NCBI GenBank assembly: GCA_964016885.1
Contig: OZ024742.1
Coordinates: forward strand, 72,664,001-72,728,000
DNA from: Eledone cirrhosa
Taxonomy: Eukaryota
Length of the DNA stretch: 64,000 bases
Direction: 5' to 3'
The position numbers were made by a program, and so were the translations under genes. Below the pieces are notes generated by a model, which searched no databases, was not told where the DNA came from, and saw only the letters and a program-made list of their open reading frames with translations. Below, one piece after another: positions 52,583 to 64,000 of the stretch (its first letter is position 1; each line of letters starts with the position of its first letter).

Positions 52583-52673
52583 TGAAAAGTTGGTAAAATC
52601 CTATGATGTTTAGTGGATTCTGTGGTGGTCAAGTTCCACATACGAGTATTCCATGAAGAGATGGTCGGAAGAG

Positions 52674-52709
<36 letters not shown>

Positions 52710-52982
52710 TATATATATATAGATATATATATATAGATATATATATAGATATATATATATAGATATATATATAGATATATATATAGATATATATATAGAT
52801 ATATATATAGATATATATATAGATATAGATATATATATATAGGTATATATATAGGTATATATATAGGTATATATATAGATATATATATAGATATAGATAT
52901 ATATATATAGAGAGATTTATATATATATATATATATATAGATATATATATAGATATATATATATAGATATATATATATATAG

Positions 52983-53031
<49 letters not shown>

Positions 53032-53117
53032 TATATATAGATATATAGATATATAGATTTATATATATATATATATATATATAACGAATTTTTATAGATA
53101 TATATATATATATATAT

Positions 53118-53325
53118 AACGAATTTTTGTGTCACAGGTCCCCTTCTCCTCTCATTGGTCAGTTATTAGAACATTCTTCATTCTAAGTGTTGTTATTGTT
53201 GGAGTTAGCTTAAAAGTTGATTTTATCAATTTTTAAGCTAACTCCAACAATAACACTTAGAATGAAGAATGTTCTAATAACTGACCAATGAGAGGAGAAG
53301 GGGACCTGTGACACAAAAATTCGTT
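53118..53325. repeat. ~208-bp fold-back palindrome (about 100-bp arms, tiny loop)
   Basis: AACGAATTTTTGTGTCACAGGTCCCC.. / ..GGGGACCTGTGACACAAAAATTCGTT; one 3-nt indel and one mismatch. Confidence 0.93.
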
Positions 53326-53452
53326 TGTTTGAATTCATATGACTCCAGTTCCCCAGTGAATTAACAACCCAACAAGAACTGGGCATATCAGAGTATTGAC
53401 AATATCATACACCTAAACAACATATGTACTTGTCTTTACCATACTAATTCAA

Positions 53453-53507
53453 ACTGCCTGAAGAGGTCACAGCCAAAGATGGCTGTCACTGAAATATATA
53501 TAGCAGT
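53453..53507 (+). ncRNA. Minimal type-I hammerhead ribozyme motif
   Basis: ACTGC-CTGAAGA-GGTCACAGCCA-AAGA-TGGCTGTCACT-GAAA-TATATA-TA-GCAGT; perfect 5-bp stem I. Confidence 0.8.
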
Positions 53508-54377
53508 AATAAACGAAGCTAAATTTTAATCATTTGACTTTTATTTAACTTTATTTTAGATATATATATATATATATAGATATATATATATATAGATATA
53601 TATATATAGATATATATAGATATATATATATATATAGATATAAATATATATAGATATAAATATATATAGATATATATATATATAGATATAGATATATACA
53701 GATATATATATATATATAGATATATATATATAGATATATATAGATATATATATATAGATATATATAGATAGATATATATAGATATATATAGATAGATATA
53801 TATAGATATATATATATAGATATATATAGATATATATATATAGATATATATATATATATAGATATATATATATAGATATATAGATATATAGATATATATA
53901 GATATATAGATATATATATATAGATATATATAGATATATATATATATATAGATAGATATATATATATATAGATATAAGTATGCATGTATACGTACATACA
54001 TATATGTATACAGACGCACAGTAGCATGCACATATATATATATACATATATATATACATATGCATACAGGTACACATACATATATGCACGTATCAGTTTA
54101 GCGGCGCTTATTATAACGTCGCTTTGTTCGTTTGTAAACAAACTGAACAGCCTGAATTTATGCCATACGATGTTAAGGCAACCACGTCACCTTTTTGTTC
54201 AACACTGACACAGGAACGATGTACTAGTTTCAAGCTTGTTAGCTATCATCAGCACCGTTTACCCATCTGCCAGATAGTTGAACGTTCGAAAGTATATACT
54301 TTCCTTATGAAAATTAACGGCTGAGCAGCCTAATTTGCATATTGAGTGAGTTAAATTGGTCAGGCATACCGAAAACG

Positions 54378-55380
54378 ACCGAGCTGCAGTCCTGGGTCAA
54401 GCAGAGACCGAGGAAAATGGGCGACTGGCACATCGAATGTGCTCAGGCGCTCACAGCCCTCTGGCAGGCGGACCCGGCGATCAGTGGAGACTCCACTTCG
54501 TCATTCTATAGAGGGTTGGTTCGCAGCAAGTGCGACGACGCGCTCGGTGAAACTCTAGGCGTGGAGGAAGATGAACTGGCCAGTCTGTTCGGTAGGGACC
54601 TTCCGCCCGGGACCGATGGACAACTTCCAAAAGTCCCTGGCCTGGCAGTGCTACCGAGGAGCTCTACCAGTTCGAGACAAGCTCTACAGACATGGGCGCC
54701 CGGGCAGGGACTCTGCAAAAAAGATCTGTCCGAGGTGCGTGTGAGACGAAGAAACCGTCGCGCACGCATTCATACACTGCCCGGGCGTCACTGACCTGTG
54801 GGGCTATGTAGAACGACTATTGTCGCGGGTGGGACCAATCCAGTTGACCACCGAGTCCATTGTCATGATCAAACCGCCACCCTCCTTCAAAAACGAAGGA
54901 GAGGCGGTTTTCCTTTGTGTGATAGCTATGGCGAAAGAGGTTGTATGGTGGACAAGGTTGAAAGGGCTGAGGTCAGATACCTTTCTCTCCGGCCAACAAC
55001 TGATTCTTTTTTTCAAATACCACTTTGGAAGAAGAATCAGGATGGAAAGAGAGGTGCTGTACCCCAGCAAGTTTTATGAAAGGTGGGTGAAAGTGGCGAG
55101 AATGGCCCGAGTGAATGGGCCTTCTCTCTATATCAGCCTGTAGGTTGAGGAAAAGGAGGAGGAGAGGAAAGGAGTACAAGCTCTTCGTACTCCTGGAGAT
55201 GAGGGTTGCACATTTTTTTCGGGCGTCTGTGTTACCCATATAAACTGTCTCCCTCTATTGGGGAAAATCGACTAACTTTTAAATTCCATCTGTGATAACA
55301 TTTTACACGTTTTTATTGTATGTAAACTTCCCCTTTGTATTTGTCCCCTTCTTTTGTGCCCCTGTGGCTAATAAAGAAAT
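54378..55380 (+). mobile_element. Tx1-clade L1 3' fragment (subfamily B), frameshifted
   Basis: Homologous to the C-terminus of 61896-63998 (CPRC..EETVAHA..HC); different 3' UTR; ends AATAAAGAAA then a (TA/TC)n array. Confidence 0.88.
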
Positions 55381-55954
55381 ATATCTATATATCTATCTAT
55401 CTATATCTATATATATATATATATCTATCTCTCTATATATATATATCTATCTCTCTATATATATATATATCTATATCTATCTATATATATCTATATATCT
55501 ATATCTATCTATATATCTATATCTATCTATATATCTATATCTATCTATCTATATCTATCTATATCTATATCTATATCTATATATCTATATATCTATATAT
55601 CTATATATCTATATATCTATCTATATATATCTATATCTATATATATATATATATATCTATATCTATATATATATATCTATATATATCTATATATATCTAT
55701 ATATATATCTATATATATCTATATCTATATCTATATATATCTATATCTATATATATCTATATCTATATATATATATCTATATCTATATATATCTATATAT
55801 ATCTATATATATCTATATATATCTATATATATCTATATATATCTATATCTATCTATCTATCTATATCTATCTATATATATCTATATCTATATCTATCTAT
55901 ATAGATAGATAGATAAATATATATATGTATATATATAGATAGATAGATAGATAG

Positions 55955-55995
<41 letters not shown>

Positions 55996-56050
55996 TAAAT
56001 ATATATACATATATATATAGAGATAAATATATATATATATATATATAGAG

Positions 56051-56099
<49 letters not shown>

Positions 56100-56178
56100 T
56101 AAATATATATACATATATATATAGAGATAAATATATATACATATATATATAGAGATAAATATATATATATATATAGAG

Positions 56179-56259
<81 letters not shown>

Positions 56260-56354
56260 TAAATATATATATATATATATAGATAAATACATATATATAT
56301 ATATAGATAAATACATATATATATAGATAAATATATATACATATATATATAGAG

Positions 56355-56419
<65 letters not shown>

Positions 56420-56420
56420 G

Positions 56421-56451
<31 letters not shown>

Positions 56452-56597
56452 GATAAATATATATATATATATATATAGATAAATATATATATATATATAT
56501 AGATAAATATATATATATATTCTACTATATTTAGCTCTAGACTTAGCTATTGACCAGTTAATTTTATTGTTCATTTTTTGTCGATTCTATTAAATGA

Positions 56598-57135
56598 TGA
56601 ATAGCCCCTGTTTATTTTAACATGTCTATTGAGCACTCTTATTCGATATGTGTTTTTGCCACATTTTTCCGAATATTTTTGCGGATATAAAGGTTATCTC
56701 CCTTGCTGAAATCCATGTGCGTATTTTTAGCCTGGGTCTTGTCTTTTCATCCATTCGGACAAAGCTCGTTGATGAAGTAACTCCAGTCCCCCGTTTGTCT
56801 GTAAGTCTTATATTTTTATGTGAGCTGATAGATGCCGGTTTAAGGATTTACAGAAACCCAAGAAGCTAGATATTCCATCTCTCTAGTGGGTCCGGGTATG
56901 CTTTTTACATTCATTTCATTTATTGATTTATTGATAATTTATCTGAGTGTCCCGAATCTTCCATATCGAACTTTTCGGTTATTTGGTTGATTGTAGACAT
57001 ATTCTACGTGCGACGGTATTTTAACGATAGTTATAGCTCTGATTTATTTGAATTATAGAGCCCTCTGCCGCTCATCTCGAATTTTGTTTATCGTGAACTC
57101 GTGCGCCGATTTTTCGATACTCGATTATTCTACTA
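56598..57135. repeat. Second copy of the 49119-49655 segment
   Basis: Direct sequence match. Confidence 0.93.
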
Positions 57136-57160
57136 TATATATATATATATAGATAGATAA

Positions 57161-57193
<33 letters not shown>

Positions 57194-57202
57194 TTATATA
57201 TA

Positions 57203-57235
<33 letters not shown>

Positions 57236-57253
57236 ATATATAGATATATATAA

Positions 57254-57302
<49 letters not shown>

Positions 57303-57320
57303 ATATATAGATATATATAA

Positions 57321-57436
<116 letters not shown>

Positions 57437-57452
57437 ATATATATATATATAA

Positions 57453-57487
<35 letters not shown>

Positions 57488-57513
57488 CTATATATATATA
57501 TAGATATATATAA

Positions 57514-57635
<122 letters not shown>

Positions 57636-57744
57636 TATATATATATATAGATATATATATATATAGATATATATATATATAGATATATAGATATATATAT
57701 ATATAGATATATATATATATAGATATATATATATATATAGATAT

Positions 57745-57777
<33 letters not shown>

Positions 57778-57870
57778 TATATAGATATATATATATATAT
57801 ATATATAGATATATATATATATAGATATATATATATATATAGATATATATAGATATATATATATATATAT

Positions 57871-57905
<35 letters not shown>

Positions 57906-57950
57906 TATATATATATATATATAGATATATATATATATATATATATATAT

Positions 57951-58023
<73 letters not shown>

Positions 58024-58057
58024 TTATATATATCTATATATAGATATATATATAGAT

Positions 58058-58092
<35 letters not shown>

Positions 58093-58099
58093 TAGATAT

Positions 58100-59387
58100 G
58101 TTTCTTTTATTTGCCACCAGGGCATCAAAAGTGGGACAAGTACAAAGGGGGGAGTTTACACAAAAAGGCGTCCTCAATAAGGAGGCAATAACAATATATA
58201 AAAATAAAATAAAATATAACAAAAATAAAATTTATAACAAAGTCCTCAATAGAGAGGAGGCGCCTTGGGGGGGTCGCACACACCCCCGAAAAAAGTGTGC
58301 AACCCTTTCCCCTCAGGAGCACAGAGAAGGGGTGCTCCCTTGGTCTTTCATCTTCCTCACCTATAGTCTGATGTAGAGTGAAGGCCCATTCACACGGGCC
58401 ATTCTCGCCACTTTCACCCATCTTTCATAGAAACGGCTGGGGTGCAGCACCTCTCTCTCTCCATCCTGATCCTTCTTCCGAAATGATATCGGAAGAAACG
58501 GACCAGTTGTTGGCCAGAGAGAAAGGTGTTTGACCTCAGTCCTTTCAGACGCGTCCACCATACAACCTCTTTCGCCATGGCTATTACGCACTGAAACACC
58601 GCCTCTCCTTCGTTTTTGAAGAGAGGAGGCAGCTTGATCGTTACAATAGACTCGGTGGGCTACCGGATCGGTCCCACCCTTGACAGCAGTTGTTCGACAT
58701 AGCCCCACAGATCGGCAATGCCCGAGCAGTGTACCAATGCGTGTGCAACGGTTTCCTCGTCGCACACGCATCTGGGACAGATCTTTTTCGATGGGTCCCT
58801 ACCCGGGCGCCCGTGTCTGTAGAGCCTTTCTCGAACGGGCAGAGCCCTTCTGTAGCATTGCCAGGCCAGGGACCTCTGGAAGTTATCCATGGGTCCCGGG
58901 CTGAATGTCCTACCGAACAGGTTGGCCAGTTCGTCTTCCTCCATGCCTAGGGCTTCTCCGAGGGCGTCGTCGCACCTGCTAACCACCAGCCCTCTATAGA
59001 ATGACGAGGTGGATTCTCCACTGACAGCCGGGTCCGCCTGCCAGAGAGCCGTGAGCGCCTGGGCGCCCAGTTTTCTCGGTCTTTGCTTGAACCAGGATTG
59101 CAGCTCGGTGAGTGAGACGAGTCTGGGAAAGGCTCGCCTCAGAAACGGGGCCCACACCGGTTGACCGAAGAGGAATACCTGAAGGTGCCGTAGCCTTAAT
59201 GCGTGTTTACGTATCATTAGCCACGGCATCTCCAGCCCTCCTTTCGAAGGGTGTTGACAGCAGATGGATCTCCTCACCATAGGAGCCCGCTTCTTCCAAA
59301 GGAATTGGAAGAGTGCGTGCTCCATTTTGGCGAGCGTTTCCCTTGGGCAAGGCACGACGGTCAGGCGGTAGTAGATGACGGACGCTA
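58100..59387 (-). mobile_element. 5'-truncated Tx1-clade L1 (subfamily A)
   Basis: Closely matches 61633-62938; both ends abut (TA/TAGA)n. Confidence 0.9.
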
Positions 59388-60041
59388 GATAGATAGATAG
59401 ATAAATATATATATATATAGATAAATATATATATATATATATATATGCAAAAGTTTTATTTAAAATTGTCATCCTTCTCTCTAGATATAGCTCTTTCTTC
59501 TCCTCCCTCTATACATGATGAAATTTAAGTATCGGTTATTTTAACTTTGTCTCTCGAGCTTCTCTATTGTTTTCTCTCTTACTTCTCTCCTATTTCTCTC
59601 ACCTCCCCATATATAATTATTATTATTTGGTCTACCTCTTTTTCCCCCCACCTCTATCTTTCTCTACCTCTCTGTTTTCTCTTTATTTATTTTTTATTTC
59701 TCTCCGTCTCCTTAACACTATAACTAAATAAATAAATAAATAAATAATTACAGTACTCCCTCCCTCCTAAATCTCTCAATTTGTATGATGAATTATTATT
59801 ATTCATCTGTTGCCTCAGCTGCCTCTCATTTTTCACCTCGTCACTATTTGTCTCTCCCCTATCTCTCTCTATCTCTCTCTGTTTTTCTTTACATACATTT
59901 CTTCATTTTCTCCGTCTTTCTTTCTAACTGTGCTTAACACTAAATATTTATAAACATCTCACTACCAAACCAACTTCTTGCATAGTAGTTGATCAATATT
60001 TATGGTACGTCAAATTTATTTATAAAACTGCTTATATATTG

Positions 60042-60107
60042 TATTTTGTCTGAAGAAGGCATGCCATATTTTTAATATGGTATCCCTGAAATATGTATAA
60101 TGAAATA
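60042..60107 (+). ncRNA. Minimal type-I hammerhead ribozyme motif in a PLE-like pseudo-LTR
   Basis: TATTTTGT-CTGAAGA-AGG..ATGCCATATT/AATATGGTAT..CCT-GAAA-TATGTA-TA-ATGAAATA; 8-bp stem I. Confidence 0.75.
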
Positions 60108-60144
60108 AATATGGTTTTATAAATATAGTTTCCATTTGTTTAAT

Positions 60145-60185
<41 letters not shown>

Positions 60186-61374
60186 CTTGACCTTTGGCCT
60201 GCCTGGGGATGATTATCTTTCGACATCCAATGTAGCAAGCGATGACCCGGATCTTACCAGAGATCATTGGGTCCTGAAGCAATCCTGCAATCACCGCGCC
60301 TGGTCATATGAGCAGACTACAACCATAGAGATCATTAATTTAGAATCCTCGCTCATCATCTATAATTTCCATTTGTAGCACCTTAAGATGGGTTAATCCA
60401 CCCTAATAATAATATGATCACCTTCAGCATAATTTAGTTAAACTACTCTATAGTTAGTACACTTTATGCTTTAAAAGTCTCTCTTGGAAGGTGCACCTCA
60501 CCATAGAATTTAGGGTCTATATTGAGACACATTTTAATGGCTAGATATAGAAACCCCAGAGTTACCTCCCCGCATGCATTAACTCCCCTTAGCCACACAC
60601 ACACTTCCGGTATTCAATGGCGTCTCTCGAAACGTAACAACCACCTGTATCGAACTAAAGAGCACCAGACTACGATCTCTAACTGGATTGTCGTGGATTA
60701 TGTGAAAGGCATATAATCGAAATATACACTCCCTTGACCATGAAAATACCGAAGTACATGAATTACTTGACATCCCTGCGCTGTGCATCTCCAATACTTA
60801 TAACACTTTTAATGCTTGCACTATCTTTAATGCTTATAATATTTCTCCACACACAGACTATATCAATCATATAAAGACTTTGCCACCAGATCTACCAACC
60901 TAACACTCTTATTTACCTACCTAAGTGCCTCTACCACACATATCTCTCTGCCACACTATATAAACAAGACGCACATGCGTGCCACACATATAACATTTGC
61001 ACTATATAACCACTTATCTTCATGTTGTACTTTAACCTATATCTTTGATTTTTTTGATTGTACCTATTAATATAAATGTAATCTCGAAGTGTGTACTGCC
61101 ACTCTAAATTCTGTAATGAATGTTGACCCACAATGTTTGAATATGTATCAATGTTTGAATATGTATTGGTATGTCTCTCGGCTGAAAAGGAGGTCATATA
61201 ACTGTCCATGCATTAATAAATTGCTCCGAAGAATCCAAACCTCGGTTTGGAGGAAACAGCTGTAAGCACAATAATGTTTTGAACAGTTCTTTGATTCTTA
61301 TATATTTCATATATATATATATATATAGATAAATATATATATATATATAGATAAATATATATATATATATATAG

Positions 61375-61447
<73 letters not shown>

Positions 61448-61472
61448 TAAATATATATATATATATATATAG

Positions 61473-61611
<139 letters not shown>

Positions 61612-61632
61612 TATATATATATATATATATAT

Positions 61633-64000
61633 GTTTCTTTTATTTGCCACTAGGGCATCAAAAGTGGGACAAGTACAAAGGGGGGAGTTTACACAAAAAG
61701 GCGTCCTCAATAAGGAGGAGGCAATAACAAAATATAAAAATAAAATGAGATATAACAAAAAATAAAATTTTTAACAAAATCCTCAATAGAGAGGAGGCGC
61801 CTTGGGGGGTCGCACACACCCCCGAAAAAAGTGTGCAACCCTTCTCCTCAGGAGCACAGAGAAGGGGTGCTCCCTTGGTCTTTCATCTTCCTCACCTATA
61901 GTCTGATGTAGAGTGAAGGCCCATTCACACGGGCCATTCTCGCCACTTTCACCCATCTTTCATAGAAACGGCTGGGGTGCAGCACCTCTCTCTCCATCCT
62001 GATCCTTCTTCCGAAATGATATCGGAAGAAACGGACCAGTTGTTGGCCAGAGAGAAAGGTGCCCGACCTCAGTCCTTTCAGACGCGTCCACCATACAACC
62101 TCTTTCGCCATGGCTATTACGCACAGAAACACCGCCTCTGCTTCATCTTTGAAGGGGGGAGGCGGCTTGATCATTACAATAGACTCGGTGGTCAACCGGA
62201 TCGGTTCCACCCTTGACAGCAGTTGTTCGACATAGCCCCACAGATCGGCTACGCCCGAGCAGTGTACCAATGCGTGTGCAACGGTTTCCTCGTCGCACAC
62301 GCATCTGGGACAGATCTTTTTGGCGGGGTCCCTACCCGGGCGCCCGTGTCTGTAGAGCCTTTCTCGAACGGGTAAAGCCCCTCGGTAGCACTGCCAGGCC
62401 AGGGACTTCTGGAAGTTGTCCATAGGTCCCGGGCTGAATGTCCTACCGAACAGGCTGGCCAGTTCGTCCTCCTCCATGTCTAGGGCTTCTCCGAGGGCGT
62501 CGTCGCACCTGCTGCGCACCAGCCCTCTATAGAATGTTGCGGTGGAGTCTCCACTGATAACCGGATCCGCCTGCCAGAGGGCGGTGAGCGCCTGGGCACA
62601 CTCAGTGTGCCAGGCGCCCAGTTTTCTCGGTCTTTGCTTGACCCAGGATTGCAGCTCGGTGAGTGAGACGAGTCTGGGAAAGGTTCGTCTCACAAACGAG
62701 GCCCACACCGGTTGTCCGGTGAGGAATACGTAGAGGTGCCGTAGCCTTAATGCGTGTTTACGCATCATTAGCCACGGCATCCCCAGCCCTCCTTTCGAAG
62801 GGTGTTGACAGCAGATGGATCTCCTCACCATAGGAGCCCGCCTCTTCCAAAGGAATTGGAAGAGCGCGCGCTCCATCTTGGTGAGGGTTTCCCTTGGGCA
62901 GGGCACTACGGTCAGGCGGTAGTAGATGACGGACGCTATGTAGGTGTTCGCCACCTCCGCCCGACCTTTCAGGGATAGTTTGCAACTGGCCCACTTCTGG
63001 GTCAGTGCAAACACCCTGTTCGTAACCTCCGCCCAGTTTTTCTCCACCTGGAGGTCCGGTCCGAACCAGACCCCGAGCAACTTCACCGGGCCCTCCGTCC
63101 AGCGTCCGACGACGCTATCGGAGGGCATCGGTCTGCCCCTCCACGTGCCGAGTTGCAAACCGATCGACTTGTCCCGGTTCAGCTTAGCCCCTGTGAACTT
63201 TTCGTACTCCTCCAGTAAGGTGCCAACCGCCTCGATTTCGGAGGCCGTCGACACCATTACTGTCACGTCATCGGCGTAGGCCGACACCGCTTTCCGCAAT
63301 CCCGGTTCCATAGGGATGCCCTGCAACAACTCCAACTTCTGCAGTAGTGGCTCGAGAGTCAACACATACAGAAGGGAGGAGAGGGGGCACCCTTGTCGGA
63401 TGGACCGCGCGATTTTGAACGGCTCCGAGAGGTAGCCGTTCACCTTGACCCTAGAGCAGATGCGGCTGCTGTGCATAGCAGTGATCCAGCCCCTGAAAAC
63501 GGGTCCGAAACCTGCCGCCGCTAGCACCGCATCCAGGTAACCATGGTCGACCCTATCGAACGCCTTAGATTGATCCAAGTTGATCAGAGCCCCACCAAAG
63601 CCGGGTTCGTTCCCAACCCTCTCTATGATGTATCGCATGAGGTGGAGGTTGTCATGGATGGACCTGGACGGGATAGCGCATGTCTGCGCATCTCCCACCA
63701 GGTTGCCCACGACAAGCGCCAACCTCTTTGCTAGCACCTTGGCCAAAATCTGTAACTCTGTATTTAGCAGTGTTATGGGCCTGAAGTTACTTATTTCGTC
63801 CCCCTTGTTCTCGTCCTTCCTCACTAGCGTGACTACGCCCTTGGTCACAGTACAGGGAATTCTCCCGTTCTGTTGCCAGTTGCAGTAGACCGCCTCGAGG
63901 AGATCGGGGAACAAGTCCGGCATAGCTAGATATAATTCGTAAGGAAGACCATCGAGACCCGGGGATTTGCGTTTGCCGCATTGGCTCAGTACGTCCTCTA
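61633..64000 (-). mobile_element. Tx1-clade L1 retrotransposon (subfamily A), continuing beyond the window
   Basis: Open ORF2, 3' UTR, AATAAAAGAAAC end followed by (AT)n. Confidence 0.93.
61896..63998 (-). CDS. Tx1/L1 ORF2 reverse transcriptase with C-terminal CCHC (partial; frame open to window edge)
   Basis: KSPGLDGLPYE, NFRPITLLN, LDQSKAFDRVDH, RQGCPLS, AYADD, LSLKGR, GGLG, CPRC..ETVAHAL.HC. Confidence 0.92.
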   Translation of the reverse strand, partial: EDVLSQCGKRKSPGLDGLPYELYLAMPDLFPDLLEAVYCNWQQNGRIPCTVTKGVVTLVRKDENKGDEISNFRPITLLNTELQILAKVLAKRLALVVGNLVGDAQTCAIPSRSIHDNLHLMRYIIERVGNEPGFGGALINLDQSKAFDRVDHGYLDAVLAAAGFGPVFRGWITAMHSSRICSRVKVNGYLSEPFKIARSIRQGCPLSSLLYVLTLEPLLQKLELLQGIPMEPGLRKAVSAYADDVTVMVSTASEIEAVGTLLEEYEKFTGAKLNRDKSIGLQLGTWRGRPMPSDSVVGRWTEGPVKLLGVWFGPDLQVEKNWAEVTNRVFALTQKWASCKLSLKGRAEVANTYIASVIYYRLTVVPCPRETLTKMERALFQFLWKRRAPMVRRSICCQHPSKGGLGMPWLMMRKHALRLRHLYVFLTGQPVWASFVRRTFPRLVSLTELQSWVKQRPRKLGAWHTECAQALTALWQADPVISGDSTATFYRGLVRSRCDDALGEALDMEEDELASLFGRTFSPGPMDNFQKSLAWQCYRGALPVRERLYRHGRPGRDPAKKICPRCVCDEETVAHALVHCSGVADLWGYVEQLLSRVEPIRLTTESIVMIKPPPPFKDEAEAVFLCVIAMAKEVVWWTRLKGLRSGTFLSGQQLVRFFRYHFGRRIRMEREVLHPSRFYERWVKVARMARVNGPSLYIRL

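Noticed and set aside
49569-56574. YI-repeat ORFs and X-containing ORFs
   Set aside because: (TA)n arrays and the N gap.

Overview
Repeat-saturated, AT-rich animal genomic DNA. The SINE/RTE repertoire and the (TA)n/(TACA)n load resemble an octopus or other cephalopod (inference from remembered repeat families, no search run). No multi-exon host gene can be confidently built; two short minus-strand exon candidates are the only hints. Nearly all real coding sequence is from retrotransposons: several RTE LINEs (with a PHD-type finger inside the RT), an RTE-BovB fragment, an R4/Dong-like RLE element, three Tx1-clade L1 copies, Penelope (PLE) remnants and a CR1 3' end. There are also tRNA-headed SINEs, a non-autonomous Helitron, an internally deleted Tc1/mariner, a hAT MITE, a 6.8-kb triplet-phased minisatellite, huge (TA)n-derived arrays and a 200-N gap. 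Most interesting: (i) tandem bipartite RTE derivatives (5' UTR with an HDV-like ribozyme-type motif fused to a C2H2/3' UTR end) at 1-2 kb; (ii) eight minimal hammerhead-like motifs, several linked to long inverted repeats; (iii) Tx1 and R4 elements embedded in (TA)n and (CATA)n, suggesting microsatellite targeting; (iv) two separate RTE insertions sharing the same disabling lesions. Most long ORFs in the supplied track are repeat artefacts.
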